Source: Actinomycetota bacterium
Lineage (GTDB): Bacteria; Actinomycetota; Thermoleophilia; RBG-16-64-13
DNA: 58,540 bases
Assembly (NCBI GenBank): GCA_023483915.1
Contig: JAMDEO010000128.1
Location: 1 to 58,540, forward strand
Direction of reading: 5' to 3'
Position numbers and translations under genes: made by a program. Positions 27,292 to 35,073 of this stretch are shown piece after piece. The stretch's first letter is position 1, and each line of letters begins with the position of its first letter. The notes beneath the pieces were generated by a model. It was not told the origin of the DNA, did not search any database, and worked only from the letters and a program-made list of their open reading frames with translations.

Positions 27292-28061
27292 ACATGGCGA
27301 TAGATAACGGCCGTAACGATGGCGGCAACGGACACAAAGGCGACCAGGCGAAGGGTTCCGCACTTTTCGAGGTGATCCAAGGTATCGATTTCGAGAGACG
27401 CGAGCTGGTAGGTAAGCGCCAAGGCTCTGGAGATTTCGACTTGGTCAAGGACAACGGCGGCAAGGACCGGTGCTACGCATGCACCCTTTGCGAAAGGACT
27501 TGCCCCGTGGATTGTATCGATATCGGGTACACCGCGAGTGACCCCATGCTGGGTAGCGCAATCGCGGCTCCAGAGGACGCGGCGCCACCAGTCGATATGA
27601 AGCTTTTCGACCCCATCATTGCGGGTATCCGCTCGGGTTCGGGCCTGGTCGAGGCCCTGCACGCTACCCAGGAAGCCTATGGATTTCTCCCTAGACCTGC
27701 TCTCGAAGGCATTGCCGACCAGATGAACCTTCCGCTTTCCAGAATCTACGGAGTAGCAAGTTTCTACGGTCAGTTTCGGTTGAAGCCAGTGGGCAAACAC
27801 GTGATCGAGGTATGCCTGGGTACGGCCTGCCACGTGCGTGGGGCTCCCCTTGTGGTTGAAGCTTTCAGCCAAGAGCTGGAGATACCCGTGGGTGGGACTA
27901 CCCCTGACGGTCTGTTCACCCTGCAAACGGTGAACTGCCTGGGTGCCTGTGCGCTCGCCCCTGTGGTTCGGTTGGGGACCGATGAAACCGTCGGCCGCTT
28001 GGGCCCGAATGAGGCACGTAGGCTGGTGAGAAGGTTGCGGAAGCAGGAGGTCCGAGCATGA
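27288..28061 (+). CDS. NuoE/HydC-like [2Fe-2S] thioredoxin-fold subunit with an unusual ~85-aa N-terminal extension carrying one CxxCxxCxxxCP motif
   Basis: EVCLGTACHVRGA and NCLGACALAP form the Cx4C...Cx3C cluster motif. The extension contains CYACTLCERTCPVDC. GTGA overlap with the alpha-subunit stop. Confidence 0.85.
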   Translation: MNMAIDNGRNDGGNGHKGDQAKGSALFEVIQGIDFERRELVGKRQGSGDFDLVKDNGGKDRCYACTLCERTCPVDCIDIGYTASDPMLGSAIAAPEDAAPPVDMKLFDPIIAGIRSGSGLVEALHATQEAYGFLPRPALEGIADQMNLPLSRIYGVASFYGQFRLKPVGKHVIEVCLGTACHVRGAPLVVEAFSQELEIPVGGTTPDGLFTLQTVNCLGACALAPVVRLGTDETVGRLGPNEARRLVRRLRKQEVRA

Positions 28062-29956
28062 GCGCCGCTTCCAGCAGAGTAGGCCAGGCCCTCCAAGCGG
28101 CGGTTTCCGCGGGCGCCGGCACCTATCTGGCCGACGACACCAAACGCGAGATCCGCATTTGTGCGGGTACCGCTTGCCACGCCTCGGGCCGGGTTGCTCT
28201 GAGGAAAGCGATCGACGCGGCCCTCGAGGAGCGTGGGTTGGCCGGAGATGTGGCGGTCGTCGAGACCGGCTGCCACGGTTTCTGCGAAGAAGGGCCAATT
28301 GTGGTGGTGAGGCCTGAGGGCGTCTTCTACCCACGGCTGAAGCCGGTGGACATCCCCGAGGTCATCGAGACGAGCGTGATGGGCGACGGCGTGGTGGAGA
28401 GACTTCTTTACGTTGATCCCGCGACGGGGCGGCGGGTTGCTCACGAACGGGAGATTCCGTTTTACGCGCTGCAGAAGCGTATTGTGCTCGGCCTCAACGG
28501 CAAGATAGATCCTTACTCCTTGGACGACTACCTCGCCCACGGTGGATACTCGGCGCTGGCCAAGGTCCTATCGCAGGGCGACCCACAGAACATCATCGCT
28601 GAGGTCGAGAACAGCGGACTTCGCGGGCGCGGGGGAGCGGGATTCCCCACGGGCAAGAAGTGGCGCCTGTGCCGACAGAACTTGGGGGAAAAGCATTACG
28701 TTATCTGCAACGCCGACGAAGGCGACCCCGGAGCCTTCATGGACCGTTCGGTGCTGGAGGGTAACCCTCACAGTGTGATCGAGGGCATGATAATCGCCGC
28801 CTATGCTATTGGGGGCGGGAATGGGCCGGTGGAAGGCTACATCTACGTCCGCCGGGAGTACCCGTTCGCCGTGGATCGGGTCCGACATGCGCTAGACCGG
28901 GCGAGGGAACGCAATCTGCTGGGCAAAGACATCCTTGGCTCGGGGTTCGACTTCGATATCCGCGTAAATCAAGGGGCCGGAGCCTTCGTATGCGGCGAAT
29001 CAACGGCGCTCACCGCTTCCATCGAGGGTCAGCGGGGCATGCCGCGAGGCAAGCACGTCCGCACGGTAGCGCACGGGCTCTGGGGTGAGCCCACCAATAT
29101 CAACAACGTGGAGACATACGCCAACGTGCCCTTCATCGTGAAGAGCGGGGCCGATGTGTTTGCCTCAACCGGCACCGCAACGAGCAAAGGCACGAAGATC
29201 TTCTCCCTCACCGGCAAGGTGGTGAATGGCGGGCTTATCGAGGTTCCCATGGGAGCGACGCTTCGTGAGGTCATCTTCGAGATCGGCGGCGGTATGCTGC
29301 CGGGCCGCGAATTCAAGGCCGTTCAACTCGGCGGCCCATCAGGCGGCTGTTTGCCGGCCGCTTTGCTCGACGAGCCGATCGATTTCGAGAGTTTGCTGGC
29401 GGCCGGCTCGATGATGGGCTCAGGGGGTATGGTTGTAGTGGACGACAGCACTTGCATGGTGGATTTTGCCAAGTTCTTCCTCAAGTTCACTGCTGAGGAA
29501 AGCTGTGGCAAATGCGTGCCCTGCAGGGTGGGAACAAGTCGCATGCTCGAGATTCTCGAGCGCATCTCCGAAGGCCGCGCGAGTCTCCAGGACCTCGATC
29601 TGCTGGAGAGCCTGGCAGACGATGTCGTCGAAGGCTCCTTGTGCGCTCTCGGAGGAAGTGCACCCAACCCCGTGCTCTCATTGCTGCGCTACTTCAGGGA
29701 CGAAATCGTCTCGCATGTGGTGGAGCACAACTGCCCGGCCAAGGTGTGCCGGCCGCTCATCCGCTACGGTGTTGATGCCGAAGCCTGCACTGGGTGTGCC
29801 GCTTGTATTGCGGTTTGTCCGGTCCACGCCGTGAGCGGCGAGCGCAAGGCCGTTCATTCCATAGATGAGGATCTGTGCATCAAGTGCGATGCCTGCCGCC
29901 GAGCGTGTAGGTTTAATGCCGTTTCCGTAGAGACGGGGGTGCTTGCGCCGGCATGA
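28058..29956 (+). CDS. NuoF/HydB-like NADH-binding FMN flavoprotein (N-terminal [2Fe-2S] thioredoxin-like domain, C-terminal 2x[4Fe-4S])
   Basis: ICAGTACHASG...TGCHGFCEEGP; GLRGRGGAGFPTGKKW; ICNADEGDPGAFMDR; ESCGKCVPCRVGT; CTGCAACIAVCP and CIKCDACRRAC. ATGA overlap with the upstream stop. Confidence 0.9.
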   Translation: MSAASSRVGQALQAAVSAGAGTYLADDTKREIRICAGTACHASGRVALRKAIDAALEERGLAGDVAVVETGCHGFCEEGPIVVVRPEGVFYPRLKPVDIPEVIETSVMGDGVVERLLYVDPATGRRVAHEREIPFYALQKRIVLGLNGKIDPYSLDDYLAHGGYSALAKVLSQGDPQNIIAEVENSGLRGRGGAGFPTGKKWRLCRQNLGEKHYVICNADEGDPGAFMDRSVLEGNPHSVIEGMIIAAYAIGGGNGPVEGYIYVRREYPFAVDRVRHALDRARERNLLGKDILGSGFDFDIRVNQGAGAFVCGESTALTASIEGQRGMPRGKHVRTVAHGLWGEPTNINNVETYANVPFIVKSGADVFASTGTATSKGTKIFSLTGKVVNGGLIEVPMGATLREVIFEIGGGMLPGREFKAVQLGGPSGGCLPAALLDEPIDFESLLAAGSMMGSGGMVVVDDSTCMVDFAKFFLKFTAEESCGKCVPCRVGTSRMLEILERISEGRASLQDLDLLESLADDVVEGSLCALGGSAPNPVLSLLRYFRDEIVSHVVEHNCPAKVCRPLIRYGVDAEACTGCAACIAVCPVHAVSGERKAVHSIDEDLCIKCDACRRACRFNAVSVETGVLAPA

Positions 29957-32649
29957 GGGAGACAACTGTGACAACGACCACCGCGAAAGCCCTGGAACTC
30001 ACCATTGACGGACGGCCGCTTCGGGCCAACGAGGGCGAAACCATCCTCGAAGTGGCCCGGCGGGAGGGCATCGATATCCCTGCTCTCTGCCATGAGGCGG
30101 GTATGGCTGCATGGGGCGCCTGCCGTCTCTGCCTGGTGGAGGTTGAAGGGTCTGACAAGCTTCAAACCGCCTGCACGGCCAAGGCTGTTGCCGGAATGGT
30201 TGTGCGGACGAACGCCGACCGTGTGCGTGCGCGCCGCGAGAGCTACCTCAAGATGTACCTCTCGGATCACAATGCCTATTGCGAAGCGCCCTGCACCGAC
30301 GCCTGCCCAGCACATATCGACATCGCCGGCTATATGGCGGCGCTTTCCGCCGAAAAGGTCGAGGAGGCGGCTGAGATCATCCGGCGGGATCTGCCATTCC
30401 CCGGAATACTCGGCGTGGTCTGCGAAGCCCCTTGCGAAAAGGTCTGCCGAAGAGGCGAGGTTGACGAGCCCATCGCCATCTGTGCGCTTCATGGCGCGGT
30501 GGGTGACTACGTCCAGCCCAGACTCGAGGTTGGCGCTCCCAGCGGGAAACGCGTTGCCATCATAGGTGCGGGTCCTGCGGGATTGAGTGCGGCCTGGTAC
30601 CTCGCGGGATCGGGGCATCAGGTCAGCGTATACGACTTGAATGAGCTTCCCGGCGGGTCGCTGCGCTATGGCGACCCGCAAGAAAGGCCCGGAGAGATTC
30701 TTGACGTCGAACTGCAACCTCTTTGGGAGGCCGGGGTACGCTTCGTAGGCAAGTCGACTCTTGCTCGCGACGATGCCGCGACGACGCTTCTCGAGGCCGG
30801 GTTTGACGCCGTGATCCTCGCGGCAGGCGGGCAGCCGGCCGCAAACTTCTACACGGGCCGGACCGACGCAAAAGGCATTTTCGCGGTAGCCGGCAACGGT
30901 GTTGCGGAGGAATCAGTCATCCAGCAGGTGGCCGCCGGTAAGCGCTCGGCTCTTGCGGTGGACGCCTGGATGAAGGGTGAGGATCTGGGGCGGCTGGAGG
31001 AGACCCTGGCCGATTATGCGGGTCTGCCGTACCTGGAGCAACTCAAGGTTGCCGCCGGACTCTCACCTGTGGAGATGCGGCTTGCCGAACGCAGCCCCGT
31101 ATGGCTGAAGATGGGCATCAATGCGAGCCCGGCGCCGCGAATGACCGCTATCGCCTTGACAGATGCCGGTGCCCCGGTGGGTGGCGGTTTGGCGGCCGGA
31201 CGTGAGACTCCGGAGCCGCTCAGCCTTGCCGAGGTCAAAGCCGAGGCCGAACGCTGTCTGCAGTGTGTCTGCCCAAGCCTGGGCAAGTGCGATCTGCAGA
31301 GACTGGGCGTGGAATACGGACTTACTGAAAACGAACTGGTGGTGAAGGGCGCCCGGGTGCGGTCGGTCGAACCGCAGCACGATCATCCCTTCATCGAGCG
31401 CGACATGAATCGCTGCATTGCGTGCGGCAAGTGTGTTCGCGTGTGTCGAGACGTAGCCGGCCCCGCCTGCTACGAGTTCTCCGGACGCGGCTTTACCATG
31501 CGGGTCGACACCGCCTACAGTGAGCCGCTCGCACTGGCCGGCTGCATCACCTGTGGACGGTGTGTCACCTCCTGCCCTACCGGGGCGCTTACTTTCAATG
31601 AACGAACGCTGGACTCCTTCCGTGTGGACGAGAGTCGTTGCATCATGTGCAAGGAGTGCGTCGGGGTGTGCCCGGTGAACGCTCTCGACGAGACGGAACG
31701 GTTCGAGGAAGCCCGCAGCCAGTGGCTAGAGCTCGTAGCCCGCGGCAGTGGGCTTGCCGGGGGGCACCGGATGTGCGCAGGCTGCGGTGCCCCCATCGTG
31801 GTGCGCCAGGTTCTCATGGGTTCGAGCGACCCGGTTGTGGTGAGTGCGGCAACCGGGTGCCTCGAGGTCAGTACGACCATCTACCCATATACATCCTGGA
31901 AGGGCAGCTTTATACACACGGCCTTCGAAAACTCGGCGGCCACCCTGAGCGGTGTGGAGACCGCATTCCGCGCCCTAAAGAAGAAGGGCCTCATCGAGGA
32001 CAACGTAAAGTTCATCGCCTTCGGTGGCGACGGTGGCACCTATGACATCGGTCTGCAGGCGCTCTCGGGCGCCATGGAGCGTGGCCATCGCATGCTCTAC
32101 GTCTGCTACGACAACGGCGCCTACATGAACACCGGCTTCCAGCGTTCGGGAGCCACGCCGGTCGCGGCCTGGACAACTACCAGCCCGGTGGGTGAGGAGT
32201 CGGCCGGAAAGCTGCAGCACCGAAAAGACCTGACCGAGATCATGGTGGCGCATGGCCTCGAGTATGTCGCTCAGGCCTCGCCGCATGATCCCAGGGACTT
32301 GGTGCGCAAGGCGGCGAAGGCCCTCTCCGTCGACGGGCCTACCTTCCTGAATGTTCTTTCCCCCTGCCCACGGGGATGGCGCGCGGACGGCTCGGACACT
32401 ATCGACTTGGCCCGAGAAGCCGTTAACACCTGCTACTGGCCACTGTTCGAGGTCGAGAAGGGGGAATATCGCCTGACGTACCGGCCGAAGGTCAAGCAGC
32501 CGCTTGCACCATGGTTAAAACGCCAGGGACGCTTCGCTCACCTCTTCACCCCAGGCTACGAGGATGCTCTTAGGCAAATCGAGGAATGGGTAGACCGGGA
32601 GTGGAAGGAACTTCTTCGCAAGTGCGGCGAACCGATCGACGAGGACTGA
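29953..32649 (+). CDS. Chimeric Fe-S flavoprotein: NuoG/HydA-type [2Fe-2S] domain + GltD-like Fe-S/FAD module + NuoG-type and ferredoxin-type [4Fe-4S] domains + C-terminal POR beta (TPP-binding) subunit
   Basis: aa 14-88: LTIDGRPL...ALCHE...GACRLCLVEV...TAC. aa 98-186: CEAPCTDACP...VVCEAPCEKVC. aa 198-343: KRVAIIGAGPAGLSAAWYLA...GGSLRYG...GIFAVAGNG. aa 435-449: CLQCVCPSLGKCDLQ. aa 488-573: RCIACGKCVRVC, CITCGRCVTSCP, CIMCKECVGVCP. aa ~595-898: GHRMCAGCGAPIVVRQ, AFGGDGGTYDIG, VCYDNGAYMNTGFQRSG. ATGA overlap with the nuoF-like stop. Confidence 0.85.
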   Translation: MRETTVTTTTAKALELTIDGRPLRANEGETILEVARREGIDIPALCHEAGMAAWGACRLCLVEVEGSDKLQTACTAKAVAGMVVRTNADRVRARRESYLKMYLSDHNAYCEAPCTDACPAHIDIAGYMAALSAEKVEEAAEIIRRDLPFPGILGVVCEAPCEKVCRRGEVDEPIAICALHGAVGDYVQPRLEVGAPSGKRVAIIGAGPAGLSAAWYLAGSGHQVSVYDLNELPGGSLRYGDPQERPGEILDVELQPLWEAGVRFVGKSTLARDDAATTLLEAGFDAVILAAGGQPAANFYTGRTDAKGIFAVAGNGVAEESVIQQVAAGKRSALAVDAWMKGEDLGRLEETLADYAGLPYLEQLKVAAGLSPVEMRLAERSPVWLKMGINASPAPRMTAIALTDAGAPVGGGLAAGRETPEPLSLAEVKAEAERCLQCVCPSLGKCDLQRLGVEYGLTENELVVKGARVRSVEPQHDHPFIERDMNRCIACGKCVRVCRDVAGPACYEFSGRGFTMRVDTAYSEPLALAGCITCGRCVTSCPTGALTFNERTLDSFRVDESRCIMCKECVGVCPVNALDETERFEEARSQWLELVARGSGLAGGHRMCAGCGAPIVVRQVLMGSSDPVVVSAATGCLEVSTTIYPYTSWKGSFIHTAFENSAATLSGVETAFRALKKKGLIEDNVKFIAFGGDGGTYDIGLQALSGAMERGHRMLYVCYDNGAYMNTGFQRSGATPVAAWTTTSPVGEESAGKLQHRKDLTEIMVAHGLEYVAQASPHDPRDLVRKAAKALSVDGPTFLNVLSPCPRGWRADGSDTIDLAREAVNTCYWPLFEVEKGEYRLTYRPKVKQPLAPWLKRQGRFAHLFTPGYEDALRQIEEWVDREWKELLRKCGEPIDED

Positions 32650-32771
32650 CCTGAGGTACAAGTCCGCTCTGGCTGTCACATAGCCTGCGTCGTCATTCGT
32701 CCGGCGATTGATAGCTGGTATCGTGTGTCACACTTGGAAGTTCCCTCCTCAGAGCAAGGACGTGGCCAGAA

Positions 32772-33626
32772 ATGTTCTATCCGTGCAGCATTGACCTCAT
32801 TGACGGGTCGGCGGCGAAGCATGCCGTCATAGTTCTCACTCCCGCCGAATCCAGGCGACTTCTGGCCAAAGCGGTGGTTGGCCTGCCGGAGGTGCGCTGG
32901 GCCTTCGAGAATGGAAAGCTTGCCATACCCGCCGGCTCGACTGGTGCGTTCGTTGTGGAGGAGCTCACAGGCGAGAAGATCGAGCCCTACCGCTTCTGTG
33001 TAGGCATGAGTGCCGCAGGTATGCTGACCCAGACTCTGCCTGACGACCGTATCTACGGAAGATTCTATGACAAAGGCAGGGAGTCAGAGCTCTCCTACCA
33101 GGACTTCATTGCATCGCTTGGCCAGGGGGACGTGGTCATCAAAGGGGCAAACGCGGTCGATTCTGCGGGAAACGTGGGCGTCCTCCTCAGCAGCGACGTG
33201 GGCGGGCTGGTAGGCCTCATGTTCGGCATCGTGTCCGCCCGCGGCATCAAAGTCATCTGCCCGGTGGGTTTGGAGAAGCAGGTGGCTTCCGTGCCTGAAG
33301 CTTCTGCCGGGTGGGGCCAATTATCCCTGGATTATTCGATGGGCCTTCGAGTCGGCATGTCCTCTTTAACGGATCCCAAGGTCCTGACCGAAATCCAGGC
33401 ATTGGCCACCCTTGCGGGAGTTCGTGCACGGCATCTGGGTAGCGGGGGAATCGGAGGGAACGAGGGGGCGGTAATTTTGCTGCTCGAGGGCTCATCCGAG
33501 GGTCTCGAAAGAACTCTGGAACTCGTCCAATCCGTGAAGGGGGAGCCGCCAATCGAGGTGATCCGCCATCATTTACAGTACCTGAGGCTCGCGACGGGGC
33601 AGTTGACAACCAAAAAGGGCCGATAA
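32772..33626 (+). CDS. Hypothetical protein, family not recognised
   Basis: 284-aa ORF with good coding character and no overlap with other calls. Blocks such as GDVVIKGANAVDSAGNVGVLLSSDVGG and GIKVICPVGLEK suggest a conserved globular alpha/beta protein, but I cannot assign a family. Confidence 0.6.
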   Translation: MFYPCSIDLIDGSAAKHAVIVLTPAESRRLLAKAVVGLPEVRWAFENGKLAIPAGSTGAFVVEELTGEKIEPYRFCVGMSAAGMLTQTLPDDRIYGRFYDKGRESELSYQDFIASLGQGDVVIKGANAVDSAGNVGVLLSSDVGGLVGLMFGIVSARGIKVICPVGLEKQVASVPEASAGWGQLSLDYSMGLRVGMSSLTDPKVLTEIQALATLAGVRARHLGSGGIGGNEGAVILLLEGSSEGLERTLELVQSVKGEPPIEVIRHHLQYLRLATGQLTTKKGR

Positions 33627-33672
33627 CTAATTTGGACCCGTCTGCGTTGCATCATTCCGGGGAGAAGATCCG

Positions 33673-34587
33673 GTGTCCCTGAAATACAAAGTCTTCCTCC
33701 ATAGCTACCTGGGCTTCCGTAGCACATCCACGCTTTTCTACGGGGAGCGGGACGCCATACTCATCGATGCCACTCAGCTGCTTAGCGACGCCCATAGAAT
33801 GGTGGCCGAGATCATTCCCATGAGGAAGAACCTCACCCACATCTATGTCTCGCACTTCCACCCCGATCACCATTTCGGGTGCGAAGTCATTCAGCATGCT
33901 TTCCCCCGGGCCAAGGTCGTCGCATTGCCCAGTGTCGTAAAAGACGTGGTCTTCACGTCGGGACACAAGCTCGATACCTGGTCGATCGATCGCATGGGGC
34001 CGGAAACGCCCAAGGCCACTACCATCCCCATTCCGCTTGCCCAGCCCTCTCTCGAACTGGAAGGCGACGAGATCCTTCTATACGACGACTGGGAGGGGGA
34101 CTGTATCAACAACTCCGTCGTGTGGGTGCCGTCTCTTCGGACTCTTTGTGCGACCGACGTCGCCTTTGACGATTGGAATGTGTGGTTCATCGAGAGCAAT
34201 GTGGAGCGGCGCAAGAAATGGCGGGTGGCACTCGAAAGACTGCGGCAGTTCGGTGCTCGCGTCGTCATCCCGGGCCATGCCAGCGAGCAGTCCATGGCTC
34301 TGCTGCGGGACACCTCTCGCGAGTACACATCATGTATCGATTGGACGCTCGACTACGTTGATTTCTATGAGGAGGTCTACAACACCGCCCGGACCGGTGA
34401 AGAGTTGGCCAGGCTCATCCGGAACCGGTATCCGGCTGTGAAGGGCAATGACTTCACCATAGACTGGCTGGCGCGCCTCCTCTTCCCGAAGAGTTGTCCC
34501 GACTCGTTCGTACCGCTTCCTGGCAAACCGGGGGAGATTTTCCTCAACCAATTCGGCAAATATGACGGCGACCCGCCGCGCGAGTGA
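33673..34587 (+). CDS. MBL-fold metallo-hydrolase
   Basis: GTG start after ggggag. Contains HIYVSHFHPDHHFG (the HxHxDH motif) and later GHAS. Confidence 0.8.
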   Translation: MSLKYKVFLHSYLGFRSTSTLFYGERDAILIDATQLLSDAHRMVAEIIPMRKNLTHIYVSHFHPDHHFGCEVIQHAFPRAKVVALPSVVKDVVFTSGHKLDTWSIDRMGPETPKATTIPIPLAQPSLELEGDEILLYDDWEGDCINNSVVWVPSLRTLCATDVAFDDWNVWFIESNVERRKKWRVALERLRQFGARVVIPGHASEQSMALLRDTSREYTSCIDWTLDYVDFYEEVYNTARTGEELARLIRNRYPAVKGNDFTIDWLARLLFPKSCPDSFVPLPGKPGEIFLNQFGKYDGDPPRE

Positions 34588-34609
34588 CGTCGATCGAACG
34601 GGGGACTAG

Positions 34610-35053
34610 ATGGCCCAGTCTGATACAGCGAAGTACATCGTTACCGAGCTCAAGATGCCGGAGGAAAAGCATCGAATCGCGGAGGACTACTCCAAATACG
34701 CCACTCGCATACTATGGCTGGACGATGAGGTTACCGATGGCGCCTTCCACATGAACACAGCCTGGTATCTGAAGGCTGCGCAGACGCTGGAGGATCGGCC
34801 GCACGTGCACGACACCGACGAGATAATAGGCTTCTTCGGGAGCGATCCTCAGAATCCGTATGACCTCGGAGGGGAGATCGAGATTTGGCTCGAGGATGAC
34901 AGGCACATCGTCACCAGCACGGCCATGATCTTCGTGCCGGCGGGCATGAAGCATTGTCCGCTAGTCCTCAGGCGGATCGACCGTCCGGTCTTTCACTTCA
35001 CCACGGTTACCGGACACAAATACGTAAAGGTGGAAGACGACACCCCCAAATAG
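34610..35053 (+). CDS. Uncharacterised cupin-like protein (paralogue of 20239..20700)
   Basis: See the 20239..20700 entry for the alignment. 147 aa, 22 nt downstream of the MBL hydrolase gene. Confidence 0.7.
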   Translation: MAQSDTAKYIVTELKMPEEKHRIAEDYSKYATRILWLDDEVTDGAFHMNTAWYLKAAQTLEDRPHVHDTDEIIGFFGSDPQNPYDLGGEIEIWLEDDRHIVTSTAMIFVPAGMKHCPLVLRRIDRPVFHFTTVTGHKYVKVEDDTPK

Positions 35054-35073
35054 GCCAAGAGTGACGGCGAGGT

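Noticed and set aside
27264-28334. 356-aa minus-strand ORF, plus similar ones at 29854..30717 and 27770..28540
   Set aside because: They are antisense to the NuoE/NuoF-like and fusion genes, which carry unambiguous cofactor motifs on the + strand.
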